From positions 2,044,672 through 2,108,671 of the forward strand of contig NW_015167058.1 of assembly GCF_001447785.1 (NCBI RefSeq): a DNA stretch of 64,000 nt. Direction: 5' to 3'. Position 1 is the first letter of the stretch, and every line of letters begins with the position of its first letter. Source of the stretch: Gekko japonicus. Taxonomy: Eukaryota. Below the pieces are notes generated by a model that searched no databases, was not told the DNA's origin, and saw only the letters and a list, made by a program, of their open reading frames with translations. Both the position numbers and the translations under genes were made by a program. Shown here in pieces: positions 23,212-35,222 of the stretch.

Positions 23212-26200
23212 GTTTGTCTTAATGGGAAAGGTGTGGGTTTCCCCCCCCCTTCTCTTTTCTTTTTTCCTCTTCTTTTAGATTGCCTTCTGTCTGTTCAAGG
23301 TAATAGCGGAATACGATATCATTACCAATATCGATCTCACATGATGCACAAGTGAAGTATGACGGGAAATCATAATACTAGGTTACGATGTTCAAAGTAG
23401 CTTAGTTTTGAAAGTTTCATAACGAGTATAGATTGAATGTTCTTTGTTGTTAATTGTTCCAGAATGAATTTTGTTTATTGCGGTCATATTTGTAATTTCA
23501 ATCTGACTAAGTTTGTATTCTATGATATTTTGGAAATTAAAAAAAAAAAAAAAAAGTCAGGGACCTGCAAGGATTTGCGGAGAGCATCTGATTTTCTCCT
23601 CTCTTACTACATCCTCCTTCCCTTTCCTGAAAGCTCCCATAGCCTTTCCCTTTTTCCTGTTTCCTCCTTGTCCTTTCCTCCCATCAGCCAACCCTACCTT
23701 TATCTCCCCCCCGCCCCGGTCTTCAGCTTTCCTTCTCCCTGGCAGCCTCTGTCCAGGAGTACTATGGCCCAGTTGCATGGTGCCAGCTGAACTGGGCCCA
23801 TTTGCATTGTGGGAGACCTTGAAGGGGCACCTCACTGTGCCCTGCACTCCCTCCCTACACTAGTTGCCCTTTGCCTCATCCCAGCATCTCTCATATCCTC
23901 ACCTGTCCCTGCTTCCTTCTCTCCTTCACACCCACCAATCTACCTCTTATCTGACCCCCACATCTTATTTATTTCATTTATATCCTACCTTTTTCCACAA
24001 TGGAGACCCAATGCAGCTTACATCATTCTCCTCTATTTTATCCTCACAAGAACCCTCTAGGGTAGGGTTAGCCTGAGAGTGTATAACTGGCCCGAGGTCA
24101 CCCAGTAAGTTTCCACAGCAGAAGGTGGCTGGGGTGGCTGCTGCTGAACAGTAGCAAGCAGCCAAGCTTGGATGAATAATGCAATTCAAGTGGTATCAAG
24201 TTGCCTGATGGCTGCTGCCACATCTAGCCCCAATGAGTCCTCCCTCAAAGGCCAAAACAGCCCCCAAAAGGGCTCTGCTCCCCCATCTTTTACTGACAGA
24301 AGCCAAGCAGAAACCATACCTGGAATGCCAGCCAAACTATTGTGGTTGCCTAGCAACAGCCACTGAGGGTATCTTTTTATTAAAGCTACAGGTACTCTGC
24401 ATTTTTCAGGTTTGTCAGAAGACCCACCTCGTCCACCACTCCAATCTCTGGATTTTAAGCATCCTCAAATGGGGCCACATTTTGCTAGCATAATACATAA
24501 ATATAAGTAAATCAGTACAACACAAAAACACACCTTAGCTTCCCTTTAGGTGTACCTATTGGCAAGTATTTCTTGGTGAACTGGACAAAATGTCAAGCTT
24601 GCGCCAAACTTTGTCACCTTTACGGATAAGGATGTTAATGTCACATTAGACAATACATATACTGCATCAGAGAAAAAACACCTCTTGCAATGGAGGAAAA
24701 GAGTTGCCAATTTTTATGGGGAAAATACTGCCAGTATGGAAGCTGGCAACTTTAATGTTTCAGGTCTACTGCATTTTCTCCAACTAGCATGACAATAGAT
24801 CTGTATGACGTTCTACTATGAATACATGGTACAATGGGAACTGTTTACTCACTCTTTATATGGCAGCGAAATCCCAACTGGACTCGTAAGCAAGAGGATG
24901 ACGAACGATCACCCTCTTTAATCTGCTATTTCTGCAGAGGGAGATGTTTAAATAGAAAGTTATATTGCTCTTTTCCCCCCCTCATTATATGCCAATATGT
25001 CTGCCTACTCCCTACAACAGAATTTCCAAGAACACCCTGTCCTTTGATTTGCAAAGAAATCGTTAACAAAAGCAATGTGTACAAATTTTCCCAACATCTT
25101 AAATAAAGTGATAACCTCTTCTGAAGTGTCAGAATACTTAATAGTTATTAGGCTTCAACTGTTATTACTGTATATTTTCTCTGGATATATGCCAGTTACA
25201 GTTTCCCCTGATATGTTACAGTGGTGCCCTTTTTATTGTCCTTTGGACAGCAGGAGATGACGACCCCGTTTGCCAAGCTTTTCATAGCTAGTGGTGCTGC
25301 CTGTTTAATTATTATATTTTGTTTCACCAATGCTTTGATGTAATACGATTGGCTTATTTACATCTTGGAATGTATTTTTGTTTTCTAACACCTTGTGGTA
25401 ATCAAAACAGACAGGTTTAACTGCTTTTTAATTTGTCCGTTGACTGTTTTGTTTTATGGATTTTATAACTGTTCTGACTTTACACCTAGGTTACTAAAAA
25501 AACTCATTAAAATACTCCCTAAGTGGACCTGCACAGCACAGAACATCATTTCCCTTCTCGTCCCTACTGCAATCATGTTGTCCCCCAATGTGGAGTCTCA
25601 TGGGTCAGTGGACCCTCTGAAACATAACAGAGATTGAAGAGGGAGGGTGGCAGTGAGAAAGGGCAATGAGTGAAAATGGCTGTTCCCTCTTCACATGCAT
25701 AAATGACTATCAGAAATGGAAAGGAGCCTTGGGATGCAGCCACTATCTACATTTTCTTTGTGCTGTGGCCTTACTTAATGACAGTACCAGCACTACAGTC
25801 TTTCCCTGGTTATATTACCAAGACTCTATAGCATGCTTATACATCTCTGATTTGAAACTAGCCAATGAATAATGAAAGCCACACTGTACTATCTTCCTAT
25901 TTATTATTTGATATACATACCAAACTAGGCTAGAGTTGCCAACCTCCAGGTATACAACTGTACAATTGTATTTTAGATTCAGCAAGGTGCTCAAGGTATT
26001 TTTCAGGCTCTTTAACAATAGCTGGGATACACGTTGCCACCTGTAACCAATTAGTGTCTTAGATTAGATGAGAAACCAGCAGAGTGAACTAAGCACTAAT
26101 GCTGCATTAAGCTGAATGTAAACAGAGATTTCGAGGTCTGCAGTGTAAAACACTCTTTAAAACAGACTGAATAAGCAGAGAAGGAAAAACTTTTTGTGAG

Positions 26201-27388
26201 TATGAAATTTTGATATGTATTGTAACAACGCCTAGTTCCCAAGAGTGTTTTAGTTATATGTTTACAGGGTTTATAGTGACTGTCGTGGTACCTTGATAAA
26301 GGACTGAACACAGGTGTGGAGCTGGGCCCGTCAGAATTATTTGGAATAATTTACCTCTACGTCAAAGAAGGACTCAGTTAAGCTACTACAAGCTGTATTA
26401 TTCAGAGGAACTTTGATCATGGACAGTTTGGTTTACAAGGACACTTTAAATATTTGTATATTTTATATTGGAATGTGTTTTGTAATTTGTATCATAATAT
26501 AAATACTTAATAATAGTTACTGAACAGATTGCACAATAGTATCACCGTTTTTTGTTTACTTACAACCCATCGCATGATCTCACATTTGTATAACCTCCAG
26601 GTGGTAGCTGGGGATGTCCTGCTATTACAACTGATCTCCATGTGACAGAGATCAGTTCACCTGGAGAAAATGGCTGCTTTGGAAGGTGGACTCTATGGCA
26701 TTATAACCCACTGAAGTCCATCCCCTCCTCAAACACACCCTCTTCAGTTTCCCCCCCAAGATCTCCTGGTATTTCTTCTGGTATTTCCTAAGCCAGATCT
26801 GGCAGCCCCAAACTAGGCACAAGAATTCAACTTTAGCGTATCAGCTACTTTAAAATAATGCCATGCCTTTCTTCACTGACCAAACTAGTATTATGCCTGC
26901 AAATGAATCCTCTTTTCCTTTCAGTGGTTTTCAAACTGTGTTCCAAGAGTTCCAAACATATCTGAAGACCATCAATGAGAAGATCAACAATAGCAGATCA
27001 ATTATATCAGAAGTAGCTTGAAAATTACTACCAATTTTTCCATGTAATGTGCTGCTGCACAGGAATTTTAAGTGTGTTTCAGAACACTACCTCAGTTTTA
27101 CACAGCAAAATGAGGCCCCAGAGGCCGACCATGGGAAATAGCTGCCATTATTAAAACATGCCCAGAATGTTCTACAGCATCCAGGGAAAGGACTCTCAGC
27201 AATTGAGGTACTATGGAAAGTTAGAAAACCACTAGTCTACAAAAGGTTCAAATAAAACAAAAGGGGTCACTAAAAGCAATAATAACTACAGAAGCTCAAA
27301 AGCCATCAATTAGACACTAATATGATATGGAGGGCATACCATGAATTTTTCCTTGTTTTACTTACTTCCTAGTATTAACCCTCTACTA

Positions 27389-27525
27389 CCGTGTTTCCCC
27401 GAAAATAAGACACTGTCTTATATTTATTTTTTCTCAAGAAGACACACTAGGGCTTATACCACAAATGCATAGAAATCCTGCTAGGGCTTATTTTTGGGGT
27501 AGGTCTTATTTTTGGGGAAACAGGG
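27389..27525. mobile_element. Tc1/mariner-superfamily (pogo/Tc2-like) MITE
   Basis: TIRs CCGTGTTTCCCCGAAAATAAGAC / GTCTTATTTTTGGGGAAACAGGG; TA on both flanks. Confidence 0.8.
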
Positions 27526-27620
27526 TAGTAAATTCCTTTTCATCTATTAGGAAAGCTTATAACTTCTGCTCTAGCTAGAACAGATATTGCTTCTGGCATA
27601 TAAGAAAAATATATAAACAC

Positions 27621-27851
27621 AAGTTAGAAGAACAAAGTTTGAGTCCAGTGGCACCTTTAAGACCAACAAAACGTTATTCTCGGTATAAGCTTTTGTGTGC
27701 ATGCAAGCTTCTTCAGATACAATAAAAAAGTGTGTGTGCACACAAAAGCTTATACCGAGAATAAAACTTTGTTGGTCTTAAAGGTGCCACTGGACTCAAA
27801 CTTTGTTCTGCTTCAGACCAACACAGCTACCCATCTGAATAAGTTAGAAGA
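27621..27851. mobile_element. Penelope-like inverted (foldback) terminal fragment
   Basis: ~80-bp inverted arms GAACAAAGTTTGAGTCCAGTGGCACCTTTAAGACC...; asymmetric 3' tail; 11-bp direct repeat AAGTTAGAAGA at both ends. Confidence 0.7.
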
Positions 27852-28404
27852 GTACTTGATCAGAAAAATGGATGTATTGTGTCAGCAAAATCAGTAAAGG
27901 TTGTTATACTATTTGTTTTATTGCACTTTATCTCAGTATATAGGATTAATTTAAATCATAGTTACTAACAAAATCTACAAACTTTAAATTTCCCTTTTGC
28001 CAATATGCTCAATGTAGTTTCTGTTATGGTAAAAGCCTATGTAAATTTGAGTATGTGAGTAATACCTTATTTTTTCGTTAAGAACTTGCATAATTTACTC
28101 TACACAGACTACTATGGCTAATTGCCAAGTAAGTTGAAACTAAATTGCTTTATGTTTCTGGAAGTCCTTGGGGTATAAGGAAAGTATCTTGCGCCTGAAA
28201 TGTTGTCAAACTCTTATCTCAAAAATATTCTAAATAAAAACCTCTTGTATACAACACAATAGAATCTTCTTAAGAATGTAAACAGGATAACTAACAAGTG
28301 AAACCTTACCTTTATGTTGGGTGTCCTGGGTTTAAAACATTATTTGAATGTATATTAATCAAACAATATTAAAACAGTTTATCAATATCAATAGAACAAC
28401 GTAC

Positions 28405-28557
28405 CTTTTCAGCAATACTATACAAAACTTCATCCATTTTCATACAAGTAGGATCCCAGTCATGCCCAAAGCGAATGACCACCACACGGTCTTCTTCTGA
28501 AAGAATGGCCTGGTCTACTTGCCAGCCATTGTGTAAATGAGGAAGCATATACGACAT
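28405..28557 (-). CDS. TXNL4A: TXNL4A first coding exon (MSYMLPHLHNGWQVDQAILSEEDRVVVIRFGHDWDPTCMKMDEVLYSIAEK); exon extends 20 nt 5' to 28577
   Basis: Canonical Dim1 N-terminus; donor GTACGT; upstream acceptor CCTTTTACAG; CDS totals 429 nt = 142 aa + stop. Confidence 0.98.
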
Positions 28558-29850
28558 TTTCAGAACTTATGCAAGACCTGTAAAAGGATAAAGCATGCAA
28601 TAATTCATAATCTGGATAATTCTTAACAAAATCAAGGCAAGATTTCATTCCATCTGTATTTTATTTCACATAAATTGCTACATCTTGTTTGTATAGGGTC
28701 AGGGTTGCTGATACCGCCTGTCGGGCAAGAAGCTTTATGGATTTAGAATTGTTTTCTGTTGTGGGTGATGTTAACAGATTATCTGTCCATTAAATACATT
28801 ATAATAATGAACATAATCAAGAATATAAACCTATTTTCTTGATCAATACTGTTTATTTTTCAAAGCCCAAACCCATTTCTTGCATATCCCATAACAAGCT
28901 CAGGAACCCCTTTGTCTTCTACTTGTCCTAAAGACCAGGCCAAACTTTCCTAAAGTTCATATTGAAATAATTTTGGGATGCAGGAGAGTCTACCACCCCA
29001 AAACTCTTGTATCACTTATAAAAATATTATATATGCACCCCAACCATCACTTGATTTCCTATTTTCAATCTCCAATAGAGTGATCACTTCACCTATAGCT
29101 GACACATACCAAACTGACAGATGAATATTACACAGTTGCTAATGGTGCCCAAAGTCACCATATAAAATATACTTAGAAAAAGCGTTTAAAGAGTAACCAA
29201 TCCATGATGAATAATCTTATGCACTTTTAACAGGCTACTGAAAGGAAAACGTATCCCCCATTCTGGTCTTGGTTTATCAGTGAGTGCTACATCTTTCTTT
29301 TATCACTACATCCATAAATGTAATACTATCTATGGAGAAAAACAATTTAGTCTTTCAGCTTCTAAACATAATTCATTGTGGCCTCAAATTAAATGTTTGT
29401 TTTCAGTTGCCACAAGGCAATTTGTAATTTCTGCTATGGCAGACTGCTTCACTTCTCAGATTCATGTACAAAGATGGTACTATTTATACCACACTATTAC
29501 AAAACCTTCAGAAATAAGGATGAAGAACAATACAGACATAGATGACTTAAGGAAAACTACACTGTGTAACATCTAGGCTGCATTCAGGCATCACATCAAG
29601 TGGACATTAAGCCCACATGTGCTCACACCTAGCTTGTTGTCTGGTTCACACAGGCTCCTCACTTCTTCCTCCTCCCTTTTCACAGGAAGCATAATAAAAG
29701 AACCACATTTTAAACAACCCCAGTTATTTGTGGCACAAAAATGCAGACACTTAACTGGAATTAGTCCCCTTCCTCCAATGGGACTCTGTAACTGGAGTAA
29801 ACCCTGATTTAGAATGCTAGTGGAGGGGAGCAGATAATTTAACATACTTA

Positions 29851-30220
29851 GGCCCCGGTCACATGGGCTGGATATCGCGGGGGGGGGGAGGCGTAGCTAA
29901 TTGCCCCGGCACAGTTTGATCAACAATTACATGATCAGATGCACTGGTGGCACACCACGGGTCCTTCCCTCGGCGCCGGCACATATGCAAGGGCCCAGAG
30001 GAGAAAGCCGCGCGCCAGCGTGAACACACCACAGGCATCCGGAGGCAGCCCGTGGCAAACCGTTTACCAGTACTTTGGAGGTACTACTTTTTTAACACGC
30101 ATTTTCAGCGGTAAACCACGGGTGTGCTCCACTTTCCAGATGTTGGGGTGTGATCGCGCCCGGATAATCCGCCCACCATCCATGCCTCTCCCGTGGCAAC
30201 TTTGCCGTGTGACCGGGGCC
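29851..30220. mobile_element. CpG-rich Harbinger-like MITE
   Basis: TIRs GGCCCCGGTCACATGG / CCGTGTGACCGGGGCC. Confidence 0.7.
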
Positions 30221-31097
30221 AAAGTTAGTTTTAAACCAGGATTTTCTTCATCATACTCTGAATGAGAATACAAGAAAGCCTAGCAACAAGTCAAGTTCAT
30301 GCACATACAGGTATAAGGTAACTTAACAAAACACCCGAAGGCAGCCAAAAACCTTTGACCAAAGTAGGAATGACACATGGAAGCCAGAAAGGCAACAGCT
30401 CAAGATCACCTGCCTATCATAGCTTCCAAACTGGGAGATCTTTCCTCCAGAGCAGCATAGTATGCTGCTGCAGTCAGAAGACTGAGCTACATATCAAAAG
30501 CCCCTGGTACAAATGCCACACATTCAAGCTGCCTGTTGTTGTGAATCCCACAACTCTGTATTCCCACAGTGGAAACATCTGACAGAATGCGCCAGCTAGC
30601 AAAGCACTTCTTATATAAGTGAAAACACAAGAAACCCATCACTAGTAGCCCTTGCATCAGTTAACTTGTCTGAGCAGCATTTAGCAGCTCTAACACTAGG
30701 GACGATCATAATATGTGTGTTATTTACTGACACTGCAAGATTTCTACACATGCTCCCTCAGCCTGTTTCATTTATATTTATTTTATTATTTGCTTTTATT
30801 TGTAGTCCACGTTTCTCACTGAGACTCAAGACTGATCACACAGAACAAAATAGTGCAAGCAAGTTCAGGTGGAAAGACCGAAGCACTGAAGACAGATTCT
30901 GGAGATGACCCAAGCCAACTATTGCATATACTTTTGTACGGTCGTCTGCCCTCTACAAAGAACCAATTATCCTCCCTTAAACCCGCCCACTGCCCTCCCC
31001 ACCCCGGCACAGCCTCACTGTTTTCCACCTGTCCAGGCTAGAAATCCTTTCTCGAACTCTGCCCTTCTCCTCGCCTCGTAACATCCCAACCACTTAC

Positions 31098-31250
31098 CAA
31101 AGGCAAATATAGGTTATAACGGTTGTCAGACACACCCACCACAGCCACGTGGGCGCGCGCGACAAAAGAAAACAGACGACACCGGACGGGTTAAATTAAA
31201 AAAAACGCACAGTTGTGGCGCACAGTAGCGTCATAGGAGGAAGCGTCGCT
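31098..31250 (-). other. TXNL4A: Probable non-coding exon 1 of TXNL4A (5' end uncertain)
   Basis: Strong minus-strand donor TTG|GTAAGT at 31097 within a CpG-rich patch; matches the orphan acceptor at 28578. Confidence 0.65.
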
Positions 31251-31780
31251 CTCATTTGACTGTCATGGCTTACGCACTTCCGGAAAGTTCAAGATCCCGA
31301 GAGGAAAGCCGAACGAACGTTAGTAGTCCGCATCAGCACGTTAGAATTAGGACTGGTCCATTAGAGAAAAAGGAAAGGGGGAACTAGATGGTGGTATAGC
31401 TGCTGAGGGGTGTCTTATCTGCGTTCAAAATAGCGTTGCGAACAAATCAGTCAGTCACTAGACATTTTGTCGACGTTCCCGCCCCTGGCTTATTCGTCTT
31501 ATTTCTTCCATCTCTCGTAACTTCTCTTTTCATGATGCAGTCCAGTCTACACGGAACCAGAGAGCGTTCTACGGGGGAGGGGGAACGGTTGATTAATCAG
31601 GTCTGTCATCTCTACCTCCATGCTCTACAAGCTCACCTGTGTAAAACTGAAAGCGCCCAAACAACTGATTCCCCCCATCCAGGGTGAGGGAAGAAATTTC
31701 AGGGAAGTAGCACGCATGCGCTGGAAGACACCCATTGTCAGCCGTATTGGTGTAAGTCTCACGATCGTATCTTGAGGGGG
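31130..31780. promoter_or_regulatory. CpG-rich, probably bidirectional promoter region upstream of TXNL4A
   Basis: Overlapping ETS-like CACTTCCGGAAAG (~31275-31288), NRF1-like GCACGCATGCGC (~31710-31721), elevated CpG. Confidence 0.65.
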
Positions 31781-31891
31781 GAATCTTTCTCTTTCTACGA
31801 TTTTATTTATTGGTTTGTTCCAACTTTTATTGCACCCGCCTCACCAACGGGCTCAGGGCGGATCACAGTAACAATATAAAATAATATAAAC

Positions 31892-32164
31892 TGTAATGTA
31901 TCCGTCTCCCACAGAGTGGGGGGCTAGGTCACCACACAGCACCTTGGCTCTCAGGAACAATGGGCCAAACAGATCCTAGCTCCCACCAATAGGAGGGATA
32001 GGCTCCCAGCCCAGAGCCCATGACCAATCACTTCTGTGTGGGTGTGTTTTGGGTGTGGGATTGTTGCACATATAAACTGGCCTGCAAGCTGGGTCTAGTT
32101 GTCTTGTTCCGAACTAAATAAAAGTATGAGAGCTGAAATCGCTAGTAAGTCTCAGTACTTTTCA
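31892..32164 (+). mobile_element. Solo LTR, 273 bp
   Basis: TG...CA termini, perfect 5-bp TSD TAAAC, two CCAAT boxes, TATAAA and AATAAA in promoter-to-poly(A) order. Confidence 0.8.
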
Positions 32165-33010
32165 TAAACACAATAATTCATTAGTTAAAACGGTATGAAT
32201 TAAAACAGGTAGCGCTTTCAACTATTTATGGATTTTGTAACATCTGGACTGGTTAAGGGTTCTTGTGAATTTCAAAGCTGACGCAATTATGTGTCATTTA
32301 GTTGACCCTAATAACACATGTAACACAAATTCCTTTATTGTTTTCGGATTCATTCAAAATAGCCTCTGAATGAAAGAGGAGAATGGAGGTAATGGAACTT
32401 GTTGGCTACTCAAGAAAGGGGTTGAACAAAATTAGCTTTGCTAATTAATACTAGATTTTTTGATGCCCCTTCTATGATGCCAATACTTAATTTGATAATT
32501 ATAGTTCTCCCCTTCCCAAAGCTCCATCAGGTAACTGAGGAAGTACTCCATCCGCAGCGGCAGCCCTAACAAAACGATCACAGCCATTGAAACCTCTCAG
32601 TCTTTTCCTAGCTTCATCCTAAGCCCCACAACCAGCCAAAACTGGCAGGCCCTGGAACACTTCAGAAAGATACTCACAAGTGAGCCTGCAGTGGGAAGAA
32701 GAAGCAGCCACCACAAACACATCTTCTCACTTCCCTGTATATCTCTTTATGGACTAGTGGGCACTTTATTACCTATATACTATTAGCAATATGTGGCCCC
32801 CTTATGCAGATAGCTGAATCCAGGAATCAGGGCCACACAGGCACTAAACAGATCTTTCAGCAAACTGGGGGGACTGCCCAGGTTTGCAGAAAAATCAAGT
32901 GTTTACATTTCCCCCCAAATTTTAAACATTAAAAAGTGTTGCCTATATATGCACAGACAACACACTTCTGCAGTGCCAACAGTGTCACATTCAGGGCAAA
33001 GCCATGGCAT

Positions 33011-33398
33011 TGTTACTGTACCACAGTTTCCAGGATACACCAATATAATGATAATCAAGAAGGCAAGAGTAAGGTCTACAAATGAGTTCAAAATCAGGGA
33101 GCCAAAGGTTTGTTCCAGGGCTTAGAACCAGTGCAAGGTCTGGCTCTCTAGCCATAAACACACACACAGGTTAGCAAGAACACAACCTCAGCTCACAAAC
33201 ATATATAGTATGCAAAACTGTCTCCACACTGAGTCTTGCTCAGCCTGTTCTTTTTATCTGCCTCATTAGCTGACTCATCCTCGAAGCCCAGGTGTTGCTT
33301 CTTACTGGTGAGTTCATTGTCCTCCAAGTGCAAGTCCTTTACTTCCCTATCATCTTGTCATTTCTGCTCCTGAAAAGACTCTGCTCCAGGAATTAACA
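33011..33398 (-). mobile_element. Possible degenerate solo LTR abutting the pseudogene 5' break
   Basis: TGTTA...TAACA inverted ends, TGACTCA motif and minus-strand TATA-like run; no clean TSD. Confidence 0.3.
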
Positions 33399-34999
33399 CC
33401 AATCACTGCTGGTTTGGTTTTTCAAAACAAGGAAGAGCTGTTTGAAAAGGTCAAGTCTATTTTTGTGTTTGAAGCTAAACCACTCATTCACCAGGAACTC
33501 CTAAAAAACCTGCCAAACCTAAAGATGGTCGGAAAATCTGGGAGGAGTAAATCATTTGGATTTGAAACTGATTTCCAGCTTTGGGGTAAAAATAACCAAC
33601 ACATGCTGTTTTGGATTCTATAGCAGCCATAGGCATAGCCTTAATCCTGGCTTCCACCAGAAGGCTTGTGGAAGATAATTTCTTTTGCAGTTTGCCAATG
33701 TTTTCAAACAAACAACCAGCCCCACCAATGTTTCAGGCCTTGGTTACCTATATTCACTATGTTGCCCATCTATTTCCATGCCACTTCAGTCCTTTGTCCA
33801 ATAATGCTCTTATGTGCTTGAAGTTTTTAGCACATAATCATGCAACAGCTAGGGTTGCCAGCTCTGAGTCGGGAAATACCTGGAGATTTTGGGAGTGGAG
33901 TCTGGGGAAGGTGGTGTTGGGGAAGGGGAGGGACCTCAGCAGGGTATAATACCATAGAGTCCACTCTCCAAAGCAGCCATTTTCTCCAGGAGAATTGACC
34001 TTGGTTGTCTGGAGATTAATTGTAATAGTGGGAGATCTCCAGGTGCCACCTAGAGGGTGGCAAACCTATGCAACACGGACAGTTCTTAAACTGTGGGTTA
34101 AGACCCAAGTGTGGGTGGCAGTTCTGTTACAGGTGGCTCTCCAGGCCAAGAGGGAGGATGAGGAACAGGATGGCCTAGCAGAAGATGTTGTACCTAATAG
34201 GAAGGGGTTGCATTGGCTAGGAATACTGCCTTCTCATCCAAAATAAACACTTGCAGAAAGGAACTGGCAAGGAGCTTGCACCTCCCTGGCAAGTATTTGT
34301 ACTTCCCAAACAGTTTGAGCACCGAGAGTCATTAGCATGTGATTATTCTTTCTCTTTTTTTCTCCAGAAAAGAGGAAGAAGAATGGGTAGTTGGTGTTAC
34401 TTATTGTGAAAGCCTAGAAGAGCTGCTCCAGCGATCAGATTTTGTGATTCTGATTGTGAACCTGACACCGGAGATGCACAAGCTCATTGGTAAAAAGGAG
34501 CTAGAACTAATGAAACCCATGGCTATCTTCATCAATATCTGCAGATGTAGGATATGTGAGTGCTCCCCATGTAAGCAAGTATTTTTCTGTTGTTTTCCAC
34601 AATCTAATTCTGCATGCATTCCATCCTTTCTCATGATTTTGTGTGAGTGTGCATTGTCCAGCATCAGCAAAATACAGGTGCAGCCAATAATCTCATCTGA
34701 GTGTCAAGAATTAAGCTGCCTTCTCTCACAAACAAGGATATAAAAAAAGGCTCAGCAGAGAGGTTCTTATCTTGTTCTTCATCCACAGACCAGTGTTTTG
34801 GTTCAAACATGTCAGTTAAAAGCCCCGAGGGCCAGGTCTGGTCAAAGCCTGGATGGGAGACTTTCTGGAAACTCTTTACTCTCCTCCTTGCGTCTTATGA
34901 TAGAAGAAAGCTAGTTTCAGTCTTCATCTTATTAATGGATTTGCATTTTTTTTAAGTGCAGTTTGATACAGAATAGAGAACTGCCCATGTTCTTTTTGT

Positions 35000-35222
35000 T
35001 TGTTTGTTTGTTTTGGCTGTCAAGTCACAGCTGACTTATGGCAACCCCATGGGGTTTTCAAGGCAAGAGCTGTTCAGAGGTGGTTGGCCATCATTTTTCT
35101 CCATGTCACTCACAACCCTGGAATTTCTTAGTGGTCTCCCATCCAAATAATGACCAGGGCCAGCCCTGCTTAGCTTCTGAAATCTTATGAGAGTGGTCTA
35201 GCCTGGGCTACCCAGGTCAAGG
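35000..35222 (-). mobile_element. 5S rRNA-derived SINE (degenerate)
   Basis: Reverse complement of the element at 51503: GGTCTCCCATCCAAATAATGACCAGGGCCAGCCCTGCTTAGCTTC plus RTE-like tail. Confidence 0.7.

Larger units (their letters stand above)
17007..23548 (+). mobile_element. Full-length L1 retrotransposon (~6.5 kb), antisense within a TXNL4A intron; ORF2 disabled
   Basis: G-rich CpG 5' end with YY1-like AACATGGCCG; ORF1; ORF2 with EN, RT and Cys-rich motifs; poly(A) 23539-23555; degenerate TSD AAAACAAGGCAGGGCC / AAAAAAAGTCAGGGAC at a TT|AAAA site. Confidence 0.95.
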
